DNA of 64,000 nucleotides from an uncultured Alphaproteobacteria bacterium (lineage in GTDB: Bacteria > Pseudomonadota > Alphaproteobacteria > RF32 > CAG-239), in NCBI GenBank assembly GCA_944391425.1, contig CALXTO010000001.1, positions 11,066 through 75,065 of the forward strand, written 5' to 3'. Below the pieces are notes generated by a model. That model worked only from the letters and a program-made list of their open reading frames with translations, made no database searches and was not told where the DNA came from. This document shows positions 47,359-56,402 of the stretch, in pieces; positions within the stretch are counted from its first letter, which is position 1, and each line of letters begins with the position of its first letter. The position numbers and the translations under genes were made by a program.

Positions 47359-48108
47359 TTAGTTTCTTCCGCCATCAACTCGAATGATTTGTCCCGTGAT
47401 ATATCGTGATGCATCTGAAGCCAGAAATACGGCTGCGTCAGCTATTTCTTCAGGCTTTCCAAGGCGATTGAGATATGTATTATTTTGATCTTTCTGCAAC
47501 ACATCCTCAGACATATCTTTGATAAGCGGTGTTTGAGTTATACCTGGGGCCAGACAGTTTGCCCTGATATTGTAATGTCCTAATTCTTTAGCTAAAGATT
47601 TGGTCATGGAATAAACTGCAGCTTTACTGGCTCCATATAATGTTTCTCCCTCAACGCCATCTAATGCAGCCATTGAAGACATATTGATTATGGACCCGCC
47701 CTGAGGCTGGCGGATCATTAATTTTGATACTAACTGTGTCAAATAAAATACCGCAAAAAAGTTTACTTCAAACAATTGCCTTGCCATATCCATGGAACTC
47801 ATTTGCAGTAAAGCTTCTTTTAATATTCCGGCATTGTTTATTAATACATCAACGGGACGTTTGTTGCTACGAATTTTCATAACCATATTTTTTACGGCAT
47901 CGTAATCCGTCAAGTTTACGGAGAATGTTTCTATTGTAACGCCATTGTTTTGTGAAATCTGTGAAACAAATTCTGCAAAATCGTCCGAAATATTTATATC
48001 ACAAGCCCAAATATTAGCTTTTTGTTCTGCAAAAGCTTTGACCATTGCTCTGCCCATGCCGCCACAACAGCCGGTGAGTAAAACATTTTTGTTTAACAAT
48101 CCAGACAT
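47359..48108 (-). CDS. short-chain dehydrogenase/reductase (FabG-like)
   Basis: 249 aa. TGCCGGMG cofactor motif, NNAG, and the S...YGASK catalytic triad. Confidence 0.88.
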   Translation of the reverse strand: MSGLLNKNVLLTGCCGGMGRAMVKAFAEQKANIWACDINISDDFAEFVSQISQNNGVTIETFSVNLTDYDAVKNMVMKIRSNKRPVDVLINNAGILKEALLQMSSMDMARQLFEVNFFAVFYLTQLVSKLMIRQPQGGSIINMSSMAALDGVEGETLYGASKAAVYSMTKSLAKELGHYNIRANCLAPGITQTPLIKDMSEDVLQKDQNNTYLNRLGKPEEIADAAVFLASDASRYITGQIIRVDGGRN

Positions 48109-48638
48109 TATTTACAAAACCTTTCTATATACTTTTTGTTTTTCTCATAGTTTTCTTTAGTGAGATTAAAATAAATAAGTTCGTTATCTTGGGCGGTTAT
48201 GGTACATCCCCACATTTTGAAATAATTAATCATATTAGAATTATTGTGACGTGTATCTGTCCGTATATTTTGCGTTCCGAGAACATTATAAGCGTAATTT
48301 TTTAACAGCATATCTCCCTCTATACCTTCTTGAATCCTAGAAGTTTGAGACATTACCCATCGTCCCGTACAAACACTGTCATCCTGAATATCATAGATAC
48401 TTAGGCATCCTAAAGGGAGGCCTTCTTTGTTTTCGACGATAAAATAGTATTCATCATCCAAGGTCTGATATCTTTTTATATATTCTATTTGCTTTTGAAG
48501 ATCCGGCGAAGTTTTATGAAGGAAACGAGCCCCTTTTCCCTCTGTTCTTAATTTTAAAATAAATGCAGCATCATCTGTCGTTACTTCACGCAAATTGACA
48601 TATTTTCCAATTAAAGCAGTTTGTTCAATTTTCTTCAT
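48108..48638 (-). CDS. GNAT N-acetyltransferase (RimJ/L-like)
   Basis: 176 aa, Acetyltransf_3-like. TAATG overlap with the SDR gene. Confidence 0.7.
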   Translation of the reverse strand: MKKIEQTALIGKYVNLREVTTDDAAFILKLRTEGKGARFLHKTSPDLQKQIEYIKRYQTLDDEYYFIVENKEGLPLGCLSIYDIQDDSVCTGRWVMSQTSRIQEGIEGDMLLKNYAYNVLGTQNIRTDTRHNNSNMINYFKMWGCTITAQDNELIYFNLTKENYEKNKKYIERFCK

Positions 48639-49047
48639 TTTTATCTTTCTTAAAAGTACATATGTTCAAGTATTCGTTATAATCTGAAATATATTCAGAA
48701 GCATCATATAGGTGATCAGATAGGATTAATAAGGTTGTTTGAGGAGAAAAATCATACATCTCTTTCCATACCATATTGTTCAGCCACAATCCTTGCTCCG
48801 GTGTGTTCAAAGTGTATATTTTCTCTTCATGAGGAAGGCGTATTTTTACTTTGCAGCTACCTTGCAGAGGAATAAGGACGAATTGGGATTTTTTGTTGGC
48901 GTGGCAGCCGCGCGGAGAATCGTTTTGCGTATTATAGATGTAGAAAACTCTTTTAATCTCAAAAGGGATGTCTTTATTGTTTTCAATGGCAACAAGCGAG
49001 CCTCTTGCATCACCTCTGACGATGAAATTTAAAAGTCTATAATTCAT
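48625..49047 (-). CDS. WxcM/FdtA-like cupin (sugar 3,4-ketoisomerase), paralog 2
   Basis: 140 aa. DARGSL...IPFEIKRVFYIYN...PRGCHANKK...L.G is the FdtA_WxcM signature. Confidence 0.8.
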   Translation of the reverse strand: MNYRLLNFIVRGDARGSLVAIENNKDIPFEIKRVFYIYNTQNDSPRGCHANKKSQFVLIPLQGSCKVKIRLPHEEKIYTLNTPEQGLWLNNMVWKEMYDFSPQTTLLILSDHLYDASEYISDYNEYLNICTFKKDKNEEN

Positions 49048-49319
49048 AACAAGCCCTTTACTCTTCTTCGGCGGCGGAGGAGAGTCGAAAAGGATATGCT
49101 TATGATGATAAAAAAGTTACCATTATACAAAACTAAATGTCCACTCAATATACGTGAACATTTAGAATACTGCACTAAGAGCTTTCGACGGCTCCGCACT
49201 AATTTTAAGTGCTAAACGCAAAATTTACATTTCGGAAGTTAGGCTATTATCAAAGTTTCTTTATGTCAAGACAAAAAAATTAAATTTGTTTTTCTGTTAA
49301 ATAGCTTTCAATATAAAAA

Positions 49320-49712
49320 TTATATCTCTTTTTTAAATTGAGAATAATCTCTTATATAATCTGTTTCATCATAAATTTCGGAAGCAAGTACCATAACAAC
49401 GCAATCTGGCGAAAAATTCGTAAATTCCCGCCATACGTTTCCTGATATCAAAAGACCTTGTTCGGGTGAGTTAAAATGAAAAGTCTGTCTTTGAGAGCCG
49501 TCATCTACAGTGAAGTCACAGCTCCCTGAAGGACAAAAAATGACTTGCTGTAATTTTCGATGCGAATGTTTGCCGCGAATGGCATCTTTGGAAGTTCCGT
49601 AAATGTAGTAAACTCGTTTGATATTAAATGGAATATTGCCGTTGCTTTCTAAATTTATAACAGAGCAACAGTCTTTATTCTCAGCGCTAAAATTGATTAA
49701 ACAGTAACTCAT
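49320..49712 (-). CDS. WxcM/FdtA-like cupin (sugar 3,4-ketoisomerase), paralog 1
   Basis: 130 aa. IPFNIKRVYYIYGT...IRGKHSHRKLQQVIFCPSGS shows the same fold signature as paralog 2. Confidence 0.8.
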   Translation of the reverse strand: MSYCLINFSAENKDCCSVINLESNGNIPFNIKRVYYIYGTSKDAIRGKHSHRKLQQVIFCPSGSCDFTVDDGSQRQTFHFNSPEQGLLISGNVWREFTNFSPDCVVMVLASEIYDETDYIRDYSQFKKEI

Positions 49713-49791
49713 TTATCTCTCAAACTACAATGAATTTATTGATAAATTTATTATTTAGCAATTATCAAGTCAAGACAAAAATCAGTATGTT

Positions 49792-51210
49792 CTAATTTTT
49801 ATCGGGGAGGAAAACAGAGAAAACAGTATATTTTCCGGGGGAAGAACGCAGCTTTATATCGGCACCGAGCAGGCGGGCAATTTTTTGAACGATGCTTAAG
49901 CCCAACCCTGCCCCGCGACTGCGGTTATTTTCAATATTTTTGCTTTGATAAAATTCTTCAAAAACCAGTTTGCTTTCCTCTTTACTAATACCGGCTCCGT
50001 TGTCGGCAACGCTGATGAGCGTACCTTTTTGCTTTTTTCGGCAGGAGATTAATATTTTATCTTTTGTGTATTTCATGGCATTGCTAAGCAGGTTGCGCAC
50101 AAGACGTTCCCAGAGGAGTGAATCGCTGTCGATAATACTATTTTGCAACCGGCAGATGATTTTTATTTTTTGCAGTTCGGCACAAGACTGATATTCTTTG
50201 CACAACCGGCATAATAATTCGGAGATATCGAAGGAAGCGTTTTCTATGATTATTCCGTCGGAATCCAAACGTGAAATGTCTAACAGATTATCCAAAAGTG
50301 CTTTCAGGCTGGCTGCAGAATCTTCTATTTTTTGAATAACTTGTTTCTGCCGAAGCGTATTTTTTTCTTCCTTTAACAACTCAATAAACATTTGCAGCGC
50401 CTGCATCGGCTGGCGGAGATCATGGCTGGCCTGAGCCAAAAAGTAAGATTTTGCCCGATTGGAAGCTTCCGCCTGATGTTTGGCATCTTCCAGAGAATTC
50501 TGGATTTCTATTAAATTGCTGATGTCCTGAAATGTTCCGGCCACTTTTTCGCCCTGATTGTCAAATACCAATCCGGCCTTGAATAGGCAATGTGCAATAT
50601 AGCCGTTACGCCGCCGGACGCGGAGCATCCCTTCGACCGGCATTCCGCTTTTAAGCAATTCGCCCAATTTACTCTTATATAAGGGCAAATCCTCACTGAT
50701 AACCTGTTCTCTGATTAAATTTCTTTTTTGATGGACATTTTGGGCATCCACCCCGAAGATCCGATACATTTCACCCGACCAATAAAATTTCCGGGCCGGC
50801 AAATCAAGTTCCCAGTATCCTAATTTGGCTGTTCTTTCCGCGAATTCAAGCCGTTGCCGTGTTTCATGCAGATGATGGGAAAGATGACGGCGTTCGGTAA
50901 TATCTTCCATGCATAAGACGGCATGCCGTTGCCGGGGATAAATGAAAAGGTTATAAAACCGGCCTTGAAAATCCAGTGTTACGGTGTCAGGATAATTTTG
51001 ATACAGAACATTGGCAACGTGTTTACGAATTAAGGAAACATTTCTGGAATCAAATAATGTATCAATGTTTTTTGCCCGGCTGTCGGCATTGTGAAATATA
51101 TAGGCGGCTTTTTTACTGGCGTAGGTTATTTGCCCATGGCCGTTAAGCTCCAGAAAAATATTCGTGGAGATGTCGAGCATAAATTTTTCGAGTTCCGAAT
51201 TGTTTCTCAT
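49792..51210 (-). CDS. cytoplasmic PAS-domain sensor histidine kinase
   Basis: 472 aa, no TM segment. Two PAS-like regions, HisKA H-box (SHDLRQP) and HATPase_c (DNGAGI, GAGLGLSI). 4-nt overlap with the upstream gene. Confidence 0.88.
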   Translation of the reverse strand: MRNNSELEKFMLDISTNIFLELNGHGQITYASKKAAYIFHNADSRAKNIDTLFDSRNVSLIRKHVANVLYQNYPDTVTLDFQGRFYNLFIYPRQRHAVLCMEDITERRHLSHHLHETRQRLEFAERTAKLGYWELDLPARKFYWSGEMYRIFGVDAQNVHQKRNLIREQVISEDLPLYKSKLGELLKSGMPVEGMLRVRRRNGYIAHCLFKAGLVFDNQGEKVAGTFQDISNLIEIQNSLEDAKHQAEASNRAKSYFLAQASHDLRQPMQALQMFIELLKEEKNTLRQKQVIQKIEDSAASLKALLDNLLDISRLDSDGIIIENASFDISELLCRLCKEYQSCAELQKIKIICRLQNSIIDSDSLLWERLVRNLLSNAMKYTKDKILISCRKKQKGTLISVADNGAGISKEESKLVFEEFYQSKNIENNRSRGAGLGLSIVQKIARLLGADIKLRSSPGKYTVFSVFLPDKN

Positions 51211-52166
51211 TCTTTCTGCGGCATCAGCTTATATGAAAACAAGGCTTTCCCTGCGGAAGACGGAATTTTAAAATACCAGTCTTCATAAAGAAAAGCGTTA
51301 TCCCTAATATAAGCATTAACCGCAGAGGTTGGTAGGGGGGTGGTCGACAAAGTTATGCTGCCCCAGCAATCCTGATTATTGCAAGACAGGGTTAAGCGGA
51401 CGATTAGCCCGTCAAAAGACGTCAAAATAATATTTTTAACATCAGGAAATTTTGAGCGGTCAAAGCCGAAAGACGGAACAACTTCAACGGACGGAAGCCA
51501 GGCGAAATTTTCCAGAAAAGCCTTAACCAGAGCCGCCTTCCCGTCCGGATAGACGAAATCTGCAAAAGGCGAGGTTCGGGAAACTTTGATGTCGTCAACC
51601 TGAAGAGACTCCACCATCGAAGACGGCAACTCCAATAGCGGCTGTAAAAACCAGGAAGCCTGATCTTCCGGCAGTTGCCAGTTACCGCTGATTTGCCAAA
51701 TTTCATTTTTACCGGAAACAGCTGCAAAGGCGGTTTGCGCTGTGGCCCGGCGGCCGACGCAGATGTTGTCCAGTTTTTGTTCTCCGGCATAGGTTTCAAT
51801 ATTCAGGCATTGCCCCTGCCCCAATCCGCTTTTTTGCAGATTTTCTTCCGAGTACGGACGCTGCATAAGAAAAACGGCATCATTAATATTTTGGAGCAGC
51901 TTGGATACCAGCCGCGTATTGGCATAATATCCTCCGGTTTCGGCAATGCGCCAGTAGCCGTCCATATGCGCCAGAGTAATCGTTTTTTCTTTTGAAGTCA
52001 GGATTATCTTGTCAACTTCTCCGCCATGACAGAAAGTTTGAGAAAAAACAAGCTGTCCCTGGCTTTGAACAGGATAATTGAGGTTAGTAAACATAATGCT
52101 TGCCGCAGCAAAGAGCAAAGACAGGAACAAAACCCAGATACCTTGTTTCAGCAGTTTATCATTCAT
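51207..52166 (-). CDS. DUF4340-like periplasmic protein of the GldG-type ABC operon
   Basis: Start at MNDKLLKQGIWVLFLSLL (the ATG overlaps the GldG-like stop). Single N-terminal TM. The family call comes from context and is from memory. Confidence 0.5.
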   Translation of the reverse strand: MNDKLLKQGIWVLFLSLLFAAASIMFTNLNYPVQSQGQLVFSQTFCHGGEVDKIILTSKEKTITLAHMDGYWRIAETGGYYANTRLVSKLLQNINDAVFLMQRPYSEENLQKSGLGQGQCLNIETYAGEQKLDNICVGRRATAQTAFAAVSGKNEIWQISGNWQLPEDQASWFLQPLLELPSSMVESLQVDDIKVSRTSPFADFVYPDGKAALVKAFLENFAWLPSVEVVPSFGFDRSKFPDVKNIILTSFDGLIVRLTLSCNNQDCWGSITLSTTPLPTSAVNAYIRDNAFLYEDWYFKIPSSAGKALFSYKLMPQKE

Positions 52167-53820
52167 GGGCATACTCCCGGGCGTTGTTGCGCCCTCTGCG
52201 CCGCGACAAGCTGACAGCCAAATACAGTACGGCAATCAATATTCCGGGAAAAATGACGATATTCGCGGCCATAAACAGCATTTCGAGCTTCTTTCTGTAT
52301 TGTCTGATTTCGGCATTTATCCGGCGCAACGCTTTATCTGTATCTGCAATTTCTTTTTGTAAGGCTTCGCCGTGCCCTGAAATTTTAAGCGAAGCAACTA
52401 TCTTTCCCGATACGACGTTTTGGCGCAGCTGTTGCAGCATTTCCTCCTTTTCTCGCTTTTGCTTAGCGGTTTCTTCGTATTCGGCCGCATAGCGTTCTTT
52501 GCTGATTTCTTCAAAACGGGACAAGATATCCGGACATGTTTTAAAAGCATGCCGGGGAACAACGGAAAGCAAATTCCGGTTTGCCGCGGCATAATCAATA
52601 ATTTTTTCAATCAGATCCATATTGTTGCTGTGGTAAACCATGGCATTATCCGAAGCTTCGGGCTGCAGCCATAAGGCCTCATGCAGCATGTCGCTGTCCG
52701 CAAAGAAAAAAATTTTTCCAGGAGCGACGGAAATGCTGACGAACGGGAGTTTTGACAACAGCTCTCCGTCAAAAGGCGGTTCAGGAAAAGAGGCATGGAA
52801 AGTCCCTTCCAAAATGCCGCCGAGACTTCCTTCCGCAGAGGACAGAAGTTCCGTAAACCGCACTTCGTCGCCGTTAACGGTAAAACTCCCGGAAGAACTT
52901 AAGTTTATCCGATTCATGTTGCGAGTGAGGAAATGAGGATTGATACCAACATCGGATATCTGAGGCCGGGCATTATAAGATATTCCCAAATTCCGCAAGA
53001 AATTTTCCAGTCCGCTCGGGCGCATATCCGGTTGTCCGTTCACAGCCAGACCGGCTTCCGAAAAAGCATCATAAAAAATGACCAGATTTCCGCCGCGCAG
53101 CAGATATTGTTCCAAGGCATAAACCGTATTGTTTTCGACACGGCGCGGATTTACGATTACAACCGCTTTGGTTTCCGGAGGTATCTGCGCGACACCGTTT
53201 GAAAGTTTCCGGATTTCATAATATGGGCGCAAAAGGCTTATAAACGGCCAATCCTGGCTGTAATCCAAACGGGAATCGCCTTTTTGCAGTTCAAGAGCCG
53301 GAGATAAAACCCCGATTACAGGCTTTTCATATTCGCCCAAAGCGCTTAAGTTCCGACTGAGATCATGCTCCAGATAAGTCAGACGCCGGGATTCCAGATA
53401 AGGTATGCTTCGGCTGCGGCCGCTGTCATCCGCCAAGACCAAACCGAAATATAACGGGTTTTCACGGCTGCCCAGCGGACGAATGCCAAATTTTTCGGCT
53501 TCGGCCGCCGCAGGCGTGAATGCTTTTGTTTCAACCAGACTGATGCTGAGCTGGTTATGCGCGTTGGCTTTATACTCTTCCAAAACCTGCATGATGCGCA
53601 CAAGGCTGTCGTTTTGCAGTTCCGGAGAAACATACAGGCGGGCAAAAAGACCTTTCCGGTTGTGCCGGAGCCAATCTAGGGTTTCCGGGCTGAGTGTATA
53701 TCTTTTATCCGGCGTGAGATCAAAGCTGTACGGAATACCAAAAAGGGAAACGCCAATGTTAATGGCGGCAAATGAGATAATCAGACAGACAGCGAAAAAC
53801 GGCAGGGTATATTTTTTCAT
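52159..53820 (-). CDS. GldG-like ABC transporter auxiliary protein
   Basis: 553 aa. N- and C-terminal TM anchors with a large periplasmic ABC_transp_aux-type region. It sits after the ABC-2 permease, as gldG does. Confidence 0.7.
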   Translation of the reverse strand: MKKYTLPFFAVCLIISFAAINIGVSLFGIPYSFDLTPDKRYTLSPETLDWLRHNRKGLFARLYVSPELQNDSLVRIMQVLEEYKANAHNQLSISLVETKAFTPAAAEAEKFGIRPLGSRENPLYFGLVLADDSGRSRSIPYLESRRLTYLEHDLSRNLSALGEYEKPVIGVLSPALELQKGDSRLDYSQDWPFISLLRPYYEIRKLSNGVAQIPPETKAVVIVNPRRVENNTVYALEQYLLRGGNLVIFYDAFSEAGLAVNGQPDMRPSGLENFLRNLGISYNARPQISDVGINPHFLTRNMNRINLSSSGSFTVNGDEVRFTELLSSAEGSLGGILEGTFHASFPEPPFDGELLSKLPFVSISVAPGKIFFFADSDMLHEALWLQPEASDNAMVYHSNNMDLIEKIIDYAAANRNLLSVVPRHAFKTCPDILSRFEEISKERYAAEYEETAKQKREKEEMLQQLRQNVVSGKIVASLKISGHGEALQKEIADTDKALRRINAEIRQYRKKLEMLFMAANIVIFPGILIAVLYLAVSLSRRRGRNNAREYAHE

Positions 53821-54555
53821 TTAACGCCTCCCCACTGCCAAGGCTGCCGTATTAAACCAAAGCGAAAAGGCAATGATTCCCAGAAAATAGACAATATCCC
53901 CCGCACTCAGGCGTCCTGTCATGAAGTTTTGAAAATGGTAATCAAAATTAAGCGCCTGTCCGGAGCGCATGAAAATTTCACCGGAAACATTGCTTAGCTT
54001 CCAAAGCCATTCAAAATTAATCATTTTGACAACAATGCAGGCGACCAGCGACAAAATAAAAGCCGAAACGGTTCCCGATGCCGGAAAAGAAACGGCTGAA
54101 GCCAAAGCAATGAACGCCCCGGCGGTTAAAATGCAGCCGACAATCCCCGCGGCGACCAAAGATGTCGACACCGGAACAAGAAAAGAGGCCGATATCCACA
54201 GTCCCGAAACCAAAAACAGGAGCAATACATAAAAGCTCCAGGCAGACAAAAATTTTCCGATTACAATAGCGGAAAAAGCGACCGGCTGGCTGATTAAAAA
54301 TTCAAAAGTGCCACGGCGTTTTTCATTAGCCCAAAAGGTTACGGCAAGCGCCGGAACCGCCAGCAGCAGGATTTCGGGCTGCGTCTGGAAAAACGGCGTG
54401 TTTCCTTCCACGCAGGTTCCCAGGTAATTTCCGCCGTAAAAAGCGGCTGACAAAGACAATAAGGCATAAACGCAGGCCATAATCCAGCCGAACGGGCTGC
54501 GGAGCAAACCGATAAATTCTTTTTTGAAGATTGTCAGAATCGCACTGCCCGTCAT
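53821..54555 (-). CDS. ABC-2 type transporter permease (GldF-like)
   Basis: 244 aa, 6 TM. Adjacent to the ATPase with abutting start/stop codons. Confidence 0.8.
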   Translation of the reverse strand: MTGSAILTIFKKEFIGLLRSPFGWIMACVYALLSLSAAFYGGNYLGTCVEGNTPFFQTQPEILLLAVPALAVTFWANEKRRGTFEFLISQPVAFSAIVIGKFLSAWSFYVLLLFLVSGLWISASFLVPVSTSLVAAGIVGCILTAGAFIALASAVSFPASGTVSAFILSLVACIVVKMINFEWLWKLSNVSGEIFMRSGQALNFDYHFQNFMTGRLSAGDIVYFLGIIAFSLWFNTAALAVGRR

Positions 54556-55281
54556 TTACATTCCCCGTTTTTCAAATGTTACGGCCCGGAACGCCGCCTC
54601 AATATCGTTTCCCGGCGTCAGCTTTTTCAGTTCCGCCGGCGTCGTGTCGCTGATAAGCTTGCCACGGCTGATAAACAGAATGCGATCCGCTAAAGCTTCG
54701 ACCTCTTCCATGATGTGCGTGGAAATAATAACCGTACCGTGTCGGCCGTATGTTTTAAGTAAATTTCTGAACTCGAACTTTTGATTCGGATCCAAACCTT
54801 CAGTCGGTTCGTCCAAAAGCAGTATTTCCGGACGGGACAGAAAGGCGCCGGCCAAAGCAACACGGCGACGGAAACCTTTGGATAATATTTCATTCTTAGC
54901 ATTAAGGACTTCCGACAAACCCAGGCTGCTGACCAGAGACGGCAAAGTTTCGGCAAAACGCCGCTCGCTCAGCTGCCGCAGCCGCGCAATAAATTTCAAA
55001 TATTCAAAAACCGTCATTTCGGGGTAAAGTGCGGCGCTTTCAGGAACGTAGGCAATATTTTGCAGGGCTTCGAGTCTTTGCGTCGCAATGTTTTTATGAT
55101 TGACGGAAATCTCGCCGCCGTCCGGAACAAGATATCCGCAAATGAGGCGCAGCAAAGTTGTCTTTCCGGCACCGTTAGGCCCGAGCAAGGCGGCAATTTC
55201 CCCCTTATGGAGGCAAAAATTGACGTTATCGACCGCTTTGCGGGAGCCGAAAGATTTGGATAAGTTTTTAACTGCCAGCAT
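54556..55281 (-). CDS. ABC transporter ATP-binding protein (GldA-like)
   Basis: 241 aa. Walker A GPNGAGKTT, signature SKGFRRR, Walker B LLLDEP. Confidence 0.9.
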   Translation of the reverse strand: MLAVKNLSKSFGSRKAVDNVNFCLHKGEIAALLGPNGAGKTTLLRLICGYLVPDGGEISVNHKNIATQRLEALQNIAYVPESAALYPEMTVFEYLKFIARLRQLSERRFAETLPSLVSSLGLSEVLNAKNEILSKGFRRRVALAGAFLSRPEILLLDEPTEGLDPNQKFEFRNLLKTYGRHGTVIISTHIMEEVEALADRILFISRGKLISDTTPAELKKLTPGNDIEAAFRAVTFEKRGM

Positions 55282-55425
55282 TTGCGTCCTGTTTTGGAAT
55301 TGTTTTGCCTCATCTTAACAAAATTATTTTTAAATTTTAACAATTATTTTCATTTTTCAAAATCTTTGGTGACAAAATATTTATTTTACATTATTTATAT
55401 AATAACAATACAAAGGATTTTTGCA

Positions 55426-55920
55426 ATGATGGTACAACAAGAAACTTATTCTAAAGAAGAAAGCCGCTATCTGAAAATCGGTTTCGGCGTTGCCGCGGCC
55501 ATTTTGCTGATTGTCGGACTGTGGACACTAGACGGCCGGAATGTTTCGCATGCCGAAAGCGGCCGTTACTATCCGCTGATGGCCCGCTTTAACCGGACGG
55601 ACGGCCTGCTGGTCGGCGATGTTGTCCGCCTGGCCGGCATGAATGTCGGCAAAGTCGTTGATGCCAAACTGGATGATAATTTTAAGGCCGTGTTGACGCT
55701 GGAGATAAAAGACGGTATTTTAATTCCCGACGACAGCAGCGCATCCATAGTCAGTTCCGGACTTATGGGGCCGAAATATATTGAAATCGAGCCGGGCGGT
55801 TCCATGGATATGATCCCTACCGGCGGAGAATTCGCCTATACTCAGGACGCCATGGTTATCGAAGAACTGCTTGACCGCATTGTGAGCATCGGCAAAGCAA
55901 ACCGCAAAGCCGTAAAATAA
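55426..55920 (+). CDS. MlaD/MCE-domain protein 1
   Basis: Start at the MMVQQE ATG at 55426 (the upstream part of the track ORF is an AT-rich promoter region). N-terminal TM, then an MCE fold (GLLVGDVVRLAGMNVGKV). Confidence 0.8.
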   Translation: MMVQQETYSKEESRYLKIGFGVAAAILLIVGLWTLDGRNVSHAESGRYYPLMARFNRTDGLLVGDVVRLAGMNVGKVVDAKLDDNFKAVLTLEIKDGILIPDDSSASIVSSGLMGPKYIEIEPGGSMDMIPTGGEFAYTQDAMVIEELLDRIVSIGKANRKAVK

Positions 55921-55940
55921 TTTAAGTGAGGAGATTTTTG

Positions 55941-56402
55941 ATGAACAAAAAACCGGTTGAAACAATTATGGGTATCGTCGTTATTGCTGTAGCGGCCTTT
56001 TTTGCCTATTTTGCTTATAATGTTTCTGATTTGCAGGTTGTCAAAGGTTATACCGTTACCGCTAAGTTTCTGAAAGTGGGCGGTCTGACAGTCGGTTCCG
56101 ACGTACGTATCAACGGCATCAAAGTCGGAACGGTTATCGGCCAGAATTTAGACAACGAGGATTATACTGCCGAAGTAAAGATGAGCTTGGCCTCTAATAT
56201 TGATCTTCCCGTTGACAGTGAAGCCGCAATTGTCGGCGACGGTTTGGTCGGTGATAAGTTCATTAAAATTGAACCCGGGCATGCCAAAACCATGCTCAAA
56301 GACGGAGATGTCATCAAAAACACCAAGGATTTCAAAACATTGGAAGATATGGTCGGTGAAATAATTTTTATGGTGACGGATAATGGCTCGGAAAACAACT
56401 AG
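55941..56402 (+). CDS. MlaD/MCE-domain protein 2
   Basis: The ATG at 55941 follows GAGGAG. N-terminal TM, then GGLTVGSDVRINGIKVGTV MCE motif. Confidence 0.8.
   Translation: MNKKPVETIMGIVVIAVAAFFAYFAYNVSDLQVVKGYTVTAKFLKVGGLTVGSDVRINGIKVGTVIGQNLDNEDYTAEVKMSLASNIDLPVDSEAAIVGDGLVGDKFIKIEPGHAKTMLKDGDVIKNTKDFKTLEDMVGEIIFMVTDNGSENN

Noticed and set aside
49118-49125. Possible third att copy (TACCATTA, matching the junction after the partial tRNA-Lys) at the far side of the glycan island
   Set aside because: An 8-nt match is expected by chance about once in a 64-kb window searched on both strands. The preceding tRNA-derived bases are absent.
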